DNA of 64,000 bases from an uncultured archaeon (GCA_963810275.1 CAWENF010000022.1:1-64000), one strand, 5' to 3'; shown: positions 9,237 through 19,903, counted from the first letter of the stretch. Notes: generated by a model from the letters alone, not told the origin. Program-made: numbers and translations.

Positions 9237-10919
9237 TTAAAGGTAGGCTTCTGTTACATAGCGCCGAATCATTCGGTGACTATTAAAGAAGTACGCTATT
9301 TTGCCGATGCTGTTCTTCATAAGTTTAATCCACTCGTCACGGCGGAGATAAAACGTGGGAGTAATAACGTATTCAAGCTTATTATAGAGGTCTTCTTTTT
9401 CACTAGCGAAGCAAGCATCGTCACTTAAAACTTCCTTGGGGCCTGGACCGATTGCCCAACCGGTTAATTCCTCTATCCAGCCCTCAATCCACCAACCGTC
9501 CAAAACACTAAAGTTCATAACGCCGTTATGAGCTGCTTTCATGCCGCTAGTGCCAGAAGCCTCCATCGGACGCAACGGAGTGTTCAACCAAACATCCACG
9601 CCGCCAACCATCTTCGCCGCAATATCGATATCATAATTTTCTAAATAAGCAACTTCCACGACGCCCCGAAGCTGACGGCTAAAGTCATATATTTTCTCAA
9701 TAAGGTGTTTACCCGCCTCGTCACGTGGATGAGCTTTGCCCGCGAAAACCGCTTGGATCTTGTGTTTTTTGCTAATTGCACTCAGTCGGTCGAGGTTTGA
9801 GAACAGAAGCGTAGCTCGCTTATACTCCGTAGCTCGTCTAGCAAAGCCCAGTGTGAAAACCTGTGGATCTAAGGTAACCTGAGAGTTCTGGTTCACATAA
9901 TCAATCAGGGTCTGTTTTTGCTGCTGGTGTGCCTGCCAGATCTCTCCGTCAGGAATAAGGTCTACTTTAGCGAGCAATTCGGGCTCAATTGCCCAACCGG
10001 GCAGGTATTTGTCATAGAGTTTACGGTAAGCCGCACCCGTCCAAGTGTAGGAGTGGACCCCGTTAGTGATAGCGTGAATTTCGTAGCCCATAAACATTTT
10101 CGCCGAGATTTCCTGATGGCGCTTGGCTACGCCGTTAACATAATTACTTAGATTAAGTGCAAGCAGAGTCATGTTAAGGCGTTCTTCCCCGCCGTACCTT
10201 TGCAGAATGTTAAAGTCAACGGTTTCAAGCACTTCACGGATCAATTGGTAGCTGAATTTGTCGTGCCCCGCCTCCACAGGGGTATGCGTAGTGAAAACGC
10301 AGAGCTCCTTAACCTTCTCCACGTCCATATCAAATTTCCGCAGCAACTCAACTGCAAGAAAACTGCTGTGCCCCTCGTTCATATGGTACTTACGCACATG
10401 AAAACCCAAAGCCTCAAGTATGCGTACGCCGCCAAAGCCCAAAATGGCTTCCTGTTTTAGGCGGTAACCCTCGTCGCCGCCGTAGAGGTAGTATGAGAGT
10501 TCACGGTCTTGAGGGGCGTTTGTTTCAAGGTCCGTGTCCAAAAAAAGTACAGGCACGACCCCGCCGGTTACGCTCTGGTACTTGTAGAGCCACGCCCTAA
10601 CCTTAACTGTGCGCCCCTCGATTTGCACATTAACTTCGTTGGGCAAAAGCGTCATGAGTTTTTCCGGGTTCCACTCGTTTGGCAACTCTGTTTGGCGTCC
10701 GTTAGCGTCGAGTTTTTGGCGGAAATAGTTGCGTTTGCTAATCAACGTGACTGCAACAAGAGGAACTTTTAAGTCGGCGCATGAACGGATAGCGTCGCCT
10801 GCTAAGGTTCCTAACCCGCCGGCGTAAGTTGGAATGGCGCCGCTTAATCCCACTTCCATGGAGAAATAAGCGATTTTCTGCCCTTTTAGTACGCCCTGTA
10901 AGTCATCCACTGCTAACAT
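9237..10919 (-). CDS. glgP: Alpha-glucan phosphorylase
   Basis: AYFSMEVG, YAGGLG, HMNEGH, FARRATEYKR and the PLP-lysine motif EASGTSGMK. Confidence 0.93.
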   Translation of the reverse strand: MLAVDDLQGVLKGQKIAYFSMEVGLSGAIPTYAGGLGTLAGDAIRSCADLKVPLVAVTLISKRNYFRQKLDANGRQTELPNEWNPEKLMTLLPNEVNVQIEGRTVKVRAWLYKYQSVTGGVVPVLFLDTDLETNAPQDRELSYYLYGGDEGYRLKQEAILGFGGVRILEALGFHVRKYHMNEGHSSFLAVELLRKFDMDVEKVKELCVFTTHTPVEAGHDKFSYQLIREVLETVDFNILQRYGGEERLNMTLLALNLSNYVNGVAKRHQEISAKMFMGYEIHAITNGVHSYTWTGAAYRKLYDKYLPGWAIEPELLAKVDLIPDGEIWQAHQQQKQTLIDYVNQNSQVTLDPQVFTLGFARRATEYKRATLLFSNLDRLSAISKKHKIQAVFAGKAHPRDEAGKHLIEKIYDFSRQLRGVVEVAYLENYDIDIAAKMVGGVDVWLNTPLRPMEASGTSGMKAAHNGVMNFSVLDGWWIEGWIEELTGWAIGPGPKEVLSDDACFASEKEDLYNKLEYVITPTFYLRRDEWIKLMKNSIGKIAYFFNSHRMIRRYVTEAYL

Positions 10920-11070
10920 CTCCCATTATTTTGTTTATAGTTAACGCTCCCTGATGTGAAAGTTGCTATTTACTCTGTGGTGCATGCATTTCATATCTAC
11001 CTTTCCATAACCCAATCGAAACCGCTCCTAATCCATCCACCGCATAATGAAAACCAAACAAGGCACTCCC

Positions 11071-12198
11071 TTAAGGTGGAGGGCGAGTACCCAAAATCAC
11101 AGGTACATCCAAAATTTGTCCGCCGCGCACGACAGATAAGTGTAAAGTGTCGCCTGGCAACGTGTGTTCCTCAAGGAAGCTGGCTAAGTCATCGTTGTTT
11201 CTTATGGTTTGACCATTCATGCCTATAATTATATCGTCAACCGTTAATTTGCCATCGCAGGGTCCATTACGTGCTACAGAGGCGATTCTCCAGCCATAAG
11301 TATAACTTGATCCAATATCCTGTGCAAGGTAATAGCTCATGTCGTTACCTGTCACCCCCAAATAGGAGTGTCCCGTGTAAGTGCCCGTGTTGATAAGCGA
11401 AGGTAACTCGCGCAGAATAGTGTTAGAAGGAATCGCAAAGCCCAGCCCCTGAGAGTCAGAGACAATAGCCGTGGTTATGCCTACGACGCTGCCCACAGAG
11501 TTTAGCAGCAAGCCGCCAGAGTTGCCGGGGTTGATTGGAGTACTGGTTTGGATGACGTTAGCTATGGCGTAGCCACCCGCCGTGTCCTCAGTTATGCTTC
11601 GGCCCATTGCACTCACAACCCCTGTAGTTAGGGAGCCGACCAAGCCGTAGGGGTTGCCGATGGCTATGACGGGTTCACCCACTTGCAAAGTGGAGGAACC
11701 CACGATGGTAACGTGCTTAAACGCATGTTCACCATCAACCGAGACAACCGCTAAATCAGCATATGGGTCAGTTCCGACTATTTCGGCGGGGTATCCTTTG
11801 CCATCCGAGAAGGTTACGCTCAAGCTTGTTGTACCCTCAACAACATGGTAATTGGTGACAACGACGTCTCTGCCGCCGTAGCTATACACAAACCCAGAGC
11901 CCTGAACGCCTCCATTACCAGTTTCACCCTGTATGAGAACAACCGAGTCCTTGAGGTTAGCGTACAAATCCACAAGAGAAGTGCCGTTCTGCAAAACCGT
12001 AATGCTCTGGTAAGTAATGTTTTGGGTGTCCTGCAAAATAGAGACTTTTTTCTGCAAATCTCCAACCTGTGTTGACAAATCGCTTACTTGCCGGTAGTTA
12101 ACGTAAAACAAAAGTAACCCACCGACAAGCAACCCCGCCACAAACAGCAGGATTAGCATGCCTGCAGAGGCTTTAGCCGCATCTTGTGAGGTCAACAT
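11071..12198 (-). CDS. HtrA/DegP-type membrane serine protease with PDZ domain
   Basis: N-terminal TM; catalytic triad motifs TNYHVV, ADLAV and GNSGG; C-terminal PDZ. Confidence 0.92.
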   Translation of the reverse strand: MLTSQDAAKASAGMLILLFVAGLLVGGLLLFYVNYRQVSDLSTQVGDLQKKVSILQDTQNITYQSITVLQNGTSLVDLYANLKDSVVLIQGETGNGGVQGSGFVYSYGGRDVVVTNYHVVEGTTSLSVTFSDGKGYPAEIVGTDPYADLAVVSVDGEHAFKHVTIVGSSTLQVGEPVIAIGNPYGLVGSLTTGVVSAMGRSITEDTAGGYAIANVIQTSTPINPGNSGGLLLNSVGSVVGITTAIVSDSQGLGFAIPSNTILRELPSLINTGTYTGHSYLGVTGNDMSYYLAQDIGSSYTYGWRIASVARNGPCDGKLTVDDIIIGMNGQTIRNNDDLASFLEEHTLPGDTLHLSVVRGGQILDVPVILGTRPPP

Positions 12199-12246
12199 GT
12201 ATTTGTGCCTTAAAAAAAGGATAACCTAGATAGAAAATAAGGATTG

Positions 12247-13251
12247 CTATGCCCGACGGTCTATTAAATCAAGAGCTCCTGGACCGGTGCCGATTAAAGT
12301 GACGGGAATACCTGTGCGGACTTCAACTTCTCTAATGAACTCTTTAGCTTCCTTGGGCAAATCGTCAAATCTACGGACACCTTGACAGGTGGGGTATATT
12401 ACATCAAGCTTAGTCATAGCTGCTTGGGTTGCACCATTGATTTTAGCAGTTTTTTTGGCTAAATCAAAATCAAACGGAGCGCTACGTCGTTCACGTCCCG
12501 TCCCGGCTGCGACCTCAAACCAGCCACGCTTCAAAGCTTCTTCTTTGCTGATTTCACCCGGTAATGGACCTGCGCCAACTCTTGTGATAAAAGACTTGTA
12601 TACTATGATTACATCGTCAACTCTTGTAGGTCCAACGCCCGCTTCAGAAGCAATGGCAGATGCACCTGTATCACGGCTAGTAACATATGGATAACCGCCA
12701 CCCAGAAAAAGCGATAACATAAACCCTTGCGTGCCCTCCAGAAGTACGCTTTTGCCTTGGTCTAAACCATCGTTGACCTCTTGAATTTGGTCACATACAA
12801 AACACTCAAGATCAGGCATATCTTTGGCAAGTTTTGCTGTTCGCCTGACACGCTCTTCTATGGCAGGTCCAACGCCCCAACCTGTGGTGCCGATGCCTTT
12901 GTTTACTGCAGAGGCTTTGTCTTGATCACTATGTTTCTGCTCAATTATAGACGCATTTTGATCAATTCCAACACGTTTAGGGTCAACTTTGGTTAGTTCA
13001 AGTTCTTTAAAAAACTGGCCGATATGAACGTTTGAACCCGCAGCAACTAGTAGCCTCGTTTTGGGATTAATAAATGCTGCTGGAACCATGTGCAGAGCAT
13101 ACTTGGTGTTTTCGTAGAGAATTGTATGGGCCGCGTTCACTGAACCTGTGCGAACGCAGAAATCAAGGTTGTCTTTTAAGGCTAAATAGGAGATGATTTT
13201 TCCTTTGCCTTCGTCTCCCCAGAAGGCTCCGACAATTACTGAGCAAGGCAT
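12247..13251 (-). CDS. purA: Adenylosuccinate synthetase (short archaeal form)
   Basis: GAFWGDEGKGK, GTTGWGVGPA, EGTQG, YPYVTS, TGRERR and TKLD motifs. Confidence 0.95.
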   Translation of the reverse strand: MPCSVIVGAFWGDEGKGKIISYLALKDNLDFCVRTGSVNAAHTILYENTKYALHMVPAAFINPKTRLLVAAGSNVHIGQFFKELELTKVDPKRVGIDQNASIIEQKHSDQDKASAVNKGIGTTGWGVGPAIEERVRRTAKLAKDMPDLECFVCDQIQEVNDGLDQGKSVLLEGTQGFMLSLFLGGGYPYVTSRDTGASAIASEAGVGPTRVDDVIIVYKSFITRVGAGPLPGEISKEEALKRGWFEVAAGTGRERRSAPFDFDLAKKTAKINGATQAAMTKLDVIYPTCQGVRRFDDLPKEAKEFIREVEVRTGIPVTLIGTGPGALDLIDRRA

Positions 13252-13304
13252 GTTCTTGTTTCCCCTGCCTAAGTCCGTTCAAGAATTATTTAAAGGTGTG
13301 GGGG

Positions 13305-13664
13305 TTATTGTTTCGGTTCTTGTCCCTTGTCTTCTGCGATTAGTGCTGCTAAGCGGTATGCGACATATGCATAGAAACTACATATTAGCATCATCTTTGA
13401 TTTTGTGCCATTCACTGAAAAAGTGATAATGTACTTCACCTTCGCAATGATGTTTATAGCTTTTCTTGGGAATAAAAGAATACGTCGAATACTTGCTTCC
13501 AAAAGGAAAAAACCGATAAAGGCTAAAAATAAAGGATTACCCATAAAAATCGTCCAGCCAAACAATGGGGTCGCCGAGTTCAATTCATCTGCAACATTTG
13601 TGGACAACCAACCCAAACCCCCTTCATCCCTAAAGAAAACGTAGAGGGTCAATAGAGACGTCAA
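13305..13664 (-). CDS. Hypothetical membrane protein (possibly a fragment)
   Basis: AT-rich ORF with hydrophobic segments; start codon uncertain. Confidence 0.35.
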   Translation of the reverse strand: MTSLLTLYVFFRDEGGLGWLSTNVADELNSATPLFGWTIFMGNPLFLAFIGFFLLEASIRRILLFPRKAINIIAKVKYIITFSVNGTKSKMMLICSFYAYVAYRLAALIAEDKGQEPKQ

Positions 13665-13701
13665 AATAATCTGTTGTAACTAAAAAATGCATAGTCTTTA
13701 A

Positions 13702-14094
13702 TCAGCGACTACGATTAAGCTTACGCTCTTCTGCTTCAGAATCAATTACTTCAAGCAACTTTATAACCCGTTTACCTTTAACAGATTTTTCCTGCTCAGT
13801 AATTGAACCTCTACATTCACATATAGAATCCAAGATAATGCCGCAGTCAACGTCGACGATAACCGGGTAAACACGGCAACCTGATGGACGCGATGCATAA
13901 ATGCGGCACCGCCGCTTTGCTAAGTCGTAGAACACACAGTATCCCTCTCGGTTCTTAAGCGTGACGTAGCCTTGCTTGTCAAATGCCGCAAACTCGTCTA
14001 TGCTATATCCGAGGTTTTCTAGACGTTTTATGTCTTTTTTGGAGAGCAGCATCTCAGTTTCTGTGCAACAAATTCCACAGTTGGAGCATCGCAT
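13702..14094 (-). CDS. YkgJ-family (CxxCxxCC) cysteine-cluster protein
   Basis: MRCSNCGICC...CVFYD..CRIYASRPSGCRVYP. Confidence 0.9.
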   Translation of the reverse strand: MRCSNCGICCTETEMLLSKKDIKRLENLGYSIDEFAAFDKQGYVTLKNREGYCVFYDLAKRRCRIYASRPSGCRVYPVIVDVDCGIILDSICECRGSITEQEKSVKGKRVIKLLEVIDSEAEERKLNRSR

Positions 14095-14137
14095 AAAGCA
14101 AAAAATAGGTTCTGCTATATTTCTGCTTTTACACAAA

Positions 14138-14374
14138 TTAATCTGATTTTTTGAATACATTCCTGTTTAGCATTTCAGCATAGGCTATGCTTCGTAGCGG
14201 GATGCAGCAACCTTTACGGTTTGCAAGGTTATACTCGATTTGGTTGTTGTTTTTGCTTGCGCCTTTGTGTATCTTTTTTAGGCGCACGTTTACTATTACG
14301 GCGCCGTCTTTTAGGTGGAGGTTGACGTTTCTTCCGAGGTACGATTTTGCGCTGTTTGCGCTGAAGCTCTCCAT
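14138..14374 (-). CDS. Small protein with possible Sm/LSm-like fold
   Basis: YLGRNVNLHLKDG resembles Sm1 and IPLRSIAYAE resembles Sm2. Confidence 0.6.
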   Translation of the reverse strand: MESFSANSAKSYLGRNVNLHLKDGAVIVNVRLKKIHKGASKNNNQIEYNLANRKGCCIPLRSIAYAEMLNRNVFKKSD

Positions 14375-14375
14375 T

Positions 14376-14525
14376 TTACCAGTCCTCGTCTTGGTCAGCG
14401 ATTTTGGTCCAGCATTGGCTGCAGATTGGGAGAGTTTCTCCTTTTAATTGGATGTAGAGTTTGATGTTTTCGCTTTTACAGTTGTCTTCCCAGGGATTTC
14501 TACAATGTTCAATGTTTTTTTCCAT
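14376..14525 (-). CDS. 49-aa four-Cys putative zinc-finger protein (not in ORF track)
   Basis: Hand translation MEKNIEHCRNPWEDNCKSENIKLYIQLKGETLPICSQCWTKIADQDEDW*; GAGG SD upstream; stop lies 1 nt before the next ATG. Confidence 0.8.
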   Translation of the reverse strand: MEKNIEHCRNPWEDNCKSENIKLYIQLKGETLPICSQCWTKIADQDEDW

Positions 14526-14658
14526 GTTTTTTCCTCAGAAGTAATTTGGCTTTTTTTGCTTTTAAGACGCCTGTTCAATGAACCCTCAGAAGCGGTGGAG
14601 GGGTGGCTGAAAGTAAAAGCTAAATAACGATTAAAAATAAATGTTTTAGGAGACTTCT

Positions 14659-15096
14659 ATGGCATTAACTATTTTTGCAGTTGCCACCACCACTTTAACA
14701 ATTCAAATTGCTGTTTTCGTTTTACTCATCGTCGGCTACCAATTCAAGAGGCAGCTTCAGTACAGAAAACACGGTGCCGCCATGACATCCGCCGTTATAG
14801 TTCACGCAGTCTCCATCTTTGTGGTTATGATTCCGTCGTTTAGTGTAGTAGTCTCCCCCACCTTCTTGTTGCCTGAACCCAACCAGCTCGTTTACGGCGC
14901 AGGCATTATCCACGCCGCAGCTGGGGTTTTGGCTTTTCTTCTGGGGTTATGGCTGGTAGCGGCGTGGCGTTTCGAAAGAAATGTGAAGGGGTGTTTAAGG
15001 CGCAAAAAAGTTATGTGGATCACGTTGGGGTTATGGCTGATTGCATTGGTTTTAGGAATCGTACTTTTTGCAGTCTTCTATAGTCCCATGCTTTAG
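14659..15096 (+). CDS. Four-TM membrane protein (DUF420-like, His in TM helices)
   Basis: Four hydrophobic helices; His residues in YRKHG..M, VHAV and IIHA. Confidence 0.75.
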   Translation: MALTIFAVATTTLTIQIAVFVLLIVGYQFKRQLQYRKHGAAMTSAVIVHAVSIFVVMIPSFSVVVSPTFLLPEPNQLVYGAGIIHAAAGVLAFLLGLWLVAAWRFERNVKGCLRRKKVMWITLGLWLIALVLGIVLFAVFYSPML

Positions 15097-15635
15097 AACT
15101 CAACTATTTCGGGTTCTATGGAATCTTGCCTAATTTTAAGCATACCCACCGAAGTTTTACACAAAACTGACCGGGTAACAGTTGCGCTACCTGGGTTAAT
15201 ATAGAGGTTCTTGCCTTCCCATTTAACATCAGCTGTGTGCGTGTGCCCATAAACAAAAACGTCAAAATCGTGCTCCTTCACAATCGCTCGGACGCGGCTA
15301 AACCCAAACGCGATGTCGGGGTTATGCATAACACCGATTTTCCAATCAAAAACCTTAAGTGAATTTAAACTTGGAAGAGCATTCCTCACGTCTAAGCCGT
15401 CCATGTTTCCATGCACTGCCAAAACGGGCGCTAACTGTTCAAGTTCATCCACAACTGCCAACTCGACAAGATCGCCCGCGTGGATAATATAATCTACTTT
15501 TTCGAAGACTTCAAAAATTTTTTGGGGAAGGAAATGTGCCTGTTTGGGGACATGCGTATCTGAAATTAAACCGATTGTTTTCGTTGCTTTTTGGGTGGGA
15601 AGTTCTTTGACAACTAAATTGGCTGCACTAAACAT
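15093..15635 (-). CDS. YfcE/MJ0936/Vps29-family metallophosphoesterase
   Basis: ISDTH, HAGD, GNMD, GHTH and INPGS motifs. Confidence 0.92.
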   Translation of the reverse strand: MFSAANLVVKELPTQKATKTIGLISDTHVPKQAHFLPQKIFEVFEKVDYIIHAGDLVELAVVDELEQLAPVLAVHGNMDGLDVRNALPSLNSLKVFDWKIGVMHNPDIAFGFSRVRAIVKEHDFDVFVYGHTHTADVKWEGKNLYINPGSATVTRSVLCKTSVGMLKIRQDSIEPEIVEF

Positions 15636-15725
15636 GCGTCTGTTTCTCCCTTCAAATGTGGGCTTTCTAAATATGAAAAATAAAAGATAAAAATATGTGT
15701 TCAAAAAACGGGAGAAATAAGAAGG

Positions 15726-17084
15726 TTAGGTCATGAATCTTTTGACAGTTTCGTAAAATATGCTGACTCCAAAAACAAGGTTTTTGATGCTGAGGCGTTC
15801 GTCGATGCCGTGCATGCGTTTCTCGTATTGGTCGTTGGGTTCCTCGGGGATGACTGGGTGGAAGCCGTAGCAGACGCTACCTGTTTCCCGGAAAAAACGT
15901 GAGTCAGTGCCGCCTGTGGTCAGAGTGGGTGTTACAACGCAGTTTGGCTCGTACTCCCTGAGTACACCTGTTATGGCTTCGTAGAGGGGACTTTGGGTTG
16001 AAGATTCGCTGCCGTCATGAATCTGTAGGAATTCGTAGCTTAACTTGCCTTCGTCAAACTCTGATAACATAGATTTAATCGACGAAAATGTTTCGTCGAC
16101 GCTTTCTCCGGGAAGTACGCGGCAGTCAAAGGTGGCTTCGCACTCTGAGGGTATTATGTTTTCTTTTACTCCGCCGTGGATTATGGTAGGGCTAATTGTG
16201 GTCCTGGTTCTTGGCCAAACTTCTTCGGCAAGCGCCTTGTCTTTTTTTGCTAACTCTTGGATGAGTTCATCGCTTCTCTTGGGGTTCGCCAGTAACTCTG
16301 TGATGATTAACTGCAGCTCTGGGTTGGTTTCTATTACCTGCTTGAGGAACTCTTTGAGCGTGGGCACGTATACGGTTGGTGGGTGATAGTCTTGGAGTTT
16401 GGTGACGACCTTGTTTATCCGCGTGATGGCGTTGTCTGCCATGTTTGGTGTGGAGCCGTGCCCCGGAGTACCTTTGGCTTTAACCTTAAACCATATGATG
16501 CCTTTTTCTGCAGTTTGAATGGGGTAAACGTTTCTACCTTTTTGTGGAAAAGCGGTGCCGCCACCTTCATTTAGGACGTAGGGACACCAGATTTTATCTT
16601 TGTGGTTTCGGATTAGGTAGCCTGCACCTTCTTCGCCGCCTCGCTCTTCATCCGCCGTTGCCGCCAAGACTACGTCACCTTTTAGCGGAACGCTGTTTTG
16701 CTTTAGCAGTTTCAAGGTAATGACTTCAACGGCGGTCATACCTTTCATGTCTATGGCCCCTCTGCCGTAAACAAAACCGTCTTTAACTGCTCCGCTAAAG
16801 GGGTGTATGGTCCATTCATTGGGGTTTGCGGCAACTACATCAAGGTGAGAGAGCAAGAGGAGATTTGGTTTTTCACCGGTGCCTTTTAGACGGGTGATTA
16901 TGCTGCCCCTGCCTTGAGCGGATTCGAGGATTTCGGATTTGAAGTCGTCTTTGGCAAGGTATTCAGCGATGAAACGGGCTGCATCGGTTTCGTTTCCTGG
17001 TGGGTTGGTCGTGTTTATCTGGATGAGATTTGAGAGAAAAGATGTGACTTCTGATTCAATACTATCAAGAATTTGAATAGTCAT
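15726..17084 (-). CDS. M20/M25/M40 metallopeptidase (ArgE/DapE-like)
   Basis: SHLDVV, GRGAIDMKG, DEE, GGTDSR and HGIDE motifs. Confidence 0.92.
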   Translation of the reverse strand: MTIQILDSIESEVTSFLSNLIQINTTNPPGNETDAARFIAEYLAKDDFKSEILESAQGRGSIITRLKGTGEKPNLLLLSHLDVVAANPNEWTIHPFSGAVKDGFVYGRGAIDMKGMTAVEVITLKLLKQNSVPLKGDVVLAATADEERGGEEGAGYLIRNHKDKIWCPYVLNEGGGTAFPQKGRNVYPIQTAEKGIIWFKVKAKGTPGHGSTPNMADNAITRINKVVTKLQDYHPPTVYVPTLKEFLKQVIETNPELQLIITELLANPKRSDELIQELAKKDKALAEEVWPRTRTTISPTIIHGGVKENIIPSECEATFDCRVLPGESVDETFSSIKSMLSEFDEGKLSYEFLQIHDGSESSTQSPLYEAITGVLREYEPNCVVTPTLTTGGTDSRFFRETGSVCYGFHPVIPEEPNDQYEKRMHGIDERLSIKNLVFGVSIFYETVKRFMT

Positions 17085-17247
17085 TATTTTCTGTGCTCCG
17101 CAAGTCTTTTAGGGTTTATTCGTCTTTTAAGAGTATCTGTCGTCCTTGACGGATGTGTTAGGTAGAATTTTTGATTTTTCAACATGTATGTTTATATAGT
17201 GTCGAAAAAATTCTTTTTGGATTAAAAATATTCCCGAGTTGACTTAA

Positions 17248-17760
17248 ATGAAAGAGTTAAAACCAATTGACTACAAAATTCTGTTTGAACTAATGAAGGA
17301 CTCACACAGAAGCGACCGGCAACTAGCCAAAGCATTAGGTGTTTCTCAACCTACCGTAACTCGACGCCGTGCAATGCTTGAAGAAAACTTTATCGAAGGA
17401 TACACAGTTATTCCCAAATTCGGCCAAATTGGGTTTGAAATTGCAGCCATCACGTTTTTGAAGAGCAAACTAAAAGCTGAAAAAGGCGATAAGAAAACTA
17501 TTGCGCTGCAAAAAATGAAAGAATGGTACATGAAGCAAACCAACGTTATCTTTGTCATGGACGGTAGAGGCATGGGTTGGGATGCAGTATGTATGTCTCT
17601 ACACGAGAACTTCGCCAGTTTTGCGGACTTTATAAGGGCGCATGATTCTGAACTATCCGAGTGGGTTATTGAAAGCCAAACCTTCAACGCTGACCTTAAA
17701 GGCGGCATAGTCATCAAGCCATTCCACCTTAAGTATCTTGCCTCTTCAAAGCAACAGTAA
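17248..17760 (+). CDS. Lrp/AsnC-family transcriptional regulator
   Basis: N-terminal HTH IDYKILFELMKDSHRSDRQLAKALGVSQPTVTRR. Confidence 0.85.
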   Translation: MKELKPIDYKILFELMKDSHRSDRQLAKALGVSQPTVTRRRAMLEENFIEGYTVIPKFGQIGFEIAAITFLKSKLKAEKGDKKTIALQKMKEWYMKQTNVIFVMDGRGMGWDAVCMSLHENFASFADFIRAHDSELSEWVIESQTFNADLKGGIVIKPFHLKYLASSKQQ

Positions 17761-18000
17761 ACCCTTTTTTTATTTTTCCCTAAATTTCAAATTAAACACA
17801 TTTTTCTCTTTTTATTTCATGTAAAACATTTCTTATACTACAGCAAGTAATCAAGAAATGATACTTTTAGGAGAGTTTTCGTGTTTAAGAACTCAAATAG
17901 AAAACTGTTTCTAGGTAACAATGAGCAAGCGCCAAAATTGGATTTCTCGAACGGTTTATATCAAACTAAAGTCTAGTTCTAATTGATTTAGGTGAATATT

Positions 18001-18324
18001 ATGAGCAGCGAACCATTCCATATAACCGACGCCAATTTTGAACAAACCATTAAAAACAATAAACTAGTTCTTGTGGATTTCTGGGCTAACTGGTGTGGAC
18101 CCTGCAGAGCACTAGCACCGACCATAGCGGAGTTAGCCAAAGAGTATGGCGGAAAAGTTTTAATCGGCAAACTCGATGTTGACGAAAACCCCCAAACAGC
18201 AGAAAAATTTCAGGTCTTCAGCATACCAACAATGATTGTCTTCAAAGAAGGTGCTGAAGTCGACCGTCTCGTGGGGTTATGCCCAAGGAACCGAATTACC
18301 GAAGCACTCGCAAAGCATGAATAA
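18001..18324 (+). CDS. trxA: Thioredoxin
   Basis: VDFWANWCGPC and SIPT motifs. Confidence 0.95.
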   Translation: MSSEPFHITDANFEQTIKNNKLVLVDFWANWCGPCRALAPTIAELAKEYGGKVLIGKLDVDENPQTAEKFQVFSIPTMIVFKEGAEVDRLVGLCPRNRITEALAKHE

Positions 18325-18331
18325 GCGCTTT

Positions 18332-18982
18332 TTATGCGCTCTTAATTTTTTCATACATCTTCTCAAGCGTCCAGCGGATACTGGATTTAAGCTCTTTTAG
18401 GCGTTCCTCATCCACATTTTTGATAATTATTTCCCGTATTTGGTCGCCTTCACGAACTATGTTGTAGCTAAACATTTTATCAGTTGTCAACTGTCCCAAA
18501 CGTACAAGTTCCTTGTCTTTATCCTGCATTTTCTGAAAGACCTTCTCCACCAAAAAATTGGTAAAAGGTGGAATTTCCACGCTAAAGTTTTTGCTTTCAT
18601 CAGGCATAACGTGGATTACACCTCTTTCAAAATACATAAGCGCAAGAGAGTCTTCAGCCATGGTTTTTAGGGGTATGACAGTTTCGGTTTCAGAGGGTGC
18701 CAGTGGCACAGAGGGAAGCTGGGTTAAAGGGGCAACGGCAGGGATCGGCTGCTTAGCCTTGGATTTGGGCAAAACGACTTCTTTGGGCATTGACATCGGC
18801 ACTTGGACTTCTTTTATATCACCGCGTTTAAAACCCTTCTCAAGCAGAATCTGATTTACAGCGTCCAGTGTTGCTTGGACTTCGTTGGCTTCGGTTGTAA
18901 GCTTCTCTAACTGGTCTTCTAAACGTTTTTTGAAAGCAATCATAGCTTTCATTTTCTCTGGGTCTTGAGCCATCTTGTCCAC
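18332..18982 (-). CDS. Conserved hypothetical protein (N-terminal coiled coil, Pro-rich linker)
   Basis: 216-aa ORF with coding-like composition, ending ELKSSIRWTLEKM. Confidence 0.75.
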   Translation of the reverse strand: MDKMAQDPEKMKAMIAFKKRLEDQLEKLTTEANEVQATLDAVNQILLEKGFKRGDIKEVQVPMSMPKEVVLPKSKAKQPIPAVAPLTQLPSVPLAPSETETVIPLKTMAEDSLALMYFERGVIHVMPDESKNFSVEIPPFTNFLVEKVFQKMQDKDKELVRLGQLTTDKMFSYNIVREGDQIREIIIKNVDEERLKELKSSIRWTLEKMYEKIKSA

Positions 18983-19116
18983 CTTACTCCAACTACTTTG
19001 TTTACTGATGCTTATCTGTTTTAGCCTTTATCCACTTGTGTTCCTTCCGTGGAACGTTTTGTTTCTTGAGTAGAACTAAATGCAGCTACTATAGACATAG
19101 ATGTGAGGATACACCT

Positions 19117-19890
19117 ATGGCTGCTAAGAAACACGAGGTGATTCTTGTGGCAACCGCTGCTGTTATCATGATTGCGTTGGCGATTGCTTTAGCGTTTGGA
19201 ACGCTTTTTAATGGTACACCATTATGGAATAAACACTTTGCTTTTACCGTAAGCACTTTTCCAGATAACACAACCATTATGCAGTCACAGAACGTTACAA
19301 TCAAAGTGGATGTCACCTACGTTGAGGGTACACCCGAACCTGTCTCGCTTTCAGTTAGGGGTGAACCAAACGGGACGAGCTACCAATTTAGCAACCAAAT
19401 AGGAACCCCCACTGATAAGCAGCCATTTACCAGCAATTTGACAATTAATGTGTCCACCTCAGCATGCTCCGGTTCATACTTACTGGAGGTCGAATCGACT
19501 GCAGGCGCTAAGACAACCCAAGCCAAGTTTAACTTAACTGTGGTGAATATTCAAATTCAAGTTTCTGGTAGAGCAACAGTGGACACCCAATTAGAAACAA
19601 ATGGACAAATTCTTGATATTATCCCAACGCATATAGGCTTTAGAAGCACCGCTACCAACCAAACGTACGAGGCAAAAGTCAACAGAGACATAAATATTCC
19701 ACTAGTAAAAACTGGGAACTACTCGATCTCGCTGCCTAACCAACAAACCTACTACGTCATCTTTTACTGCTTCAGTTACCCTCACTTCATTCCTGTTCCA
19801 CGCATAGGCACCGAGGGCACCGAAAACGGGTACTTCACTGTTCACTGCGGTGCAGGTGCTGACACTATCGTGGCAGACTTCACTGGCTAA
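19117..19890 (+). CDS. Membrane-anchored extracellular beta-rich (Ig-like) protein
   Basis: N-terminal TM, Thr/Val-rich strands and many NxS/T sequons. Confidence 0.75.
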   Translation: MAAKKHEVILVATAAVIMIALAIALAFGTLFNGTPLWNKHFAFTVSTFPDNTTIMQSQNVTIKVDVTYVEGTPEPVSLSVRGEPNGTSYQFSNQIGTPTDKQPFTSNLTINVSTSACSGSYLLEVESTAGAKTTQAKFNLTVVNIQIQVSGRATVDTQLETNGQILDIIPTHIGFRSTATNQTYEAKVNRDINIPLVKTGNYSISLPNQQTYYVIFYCFSYPHFIPVPRIGTEGTENGYFTVHCGAGADTIVADFTG

Positions 19891-19903
19891 ACACGTTACG
19901 GCG

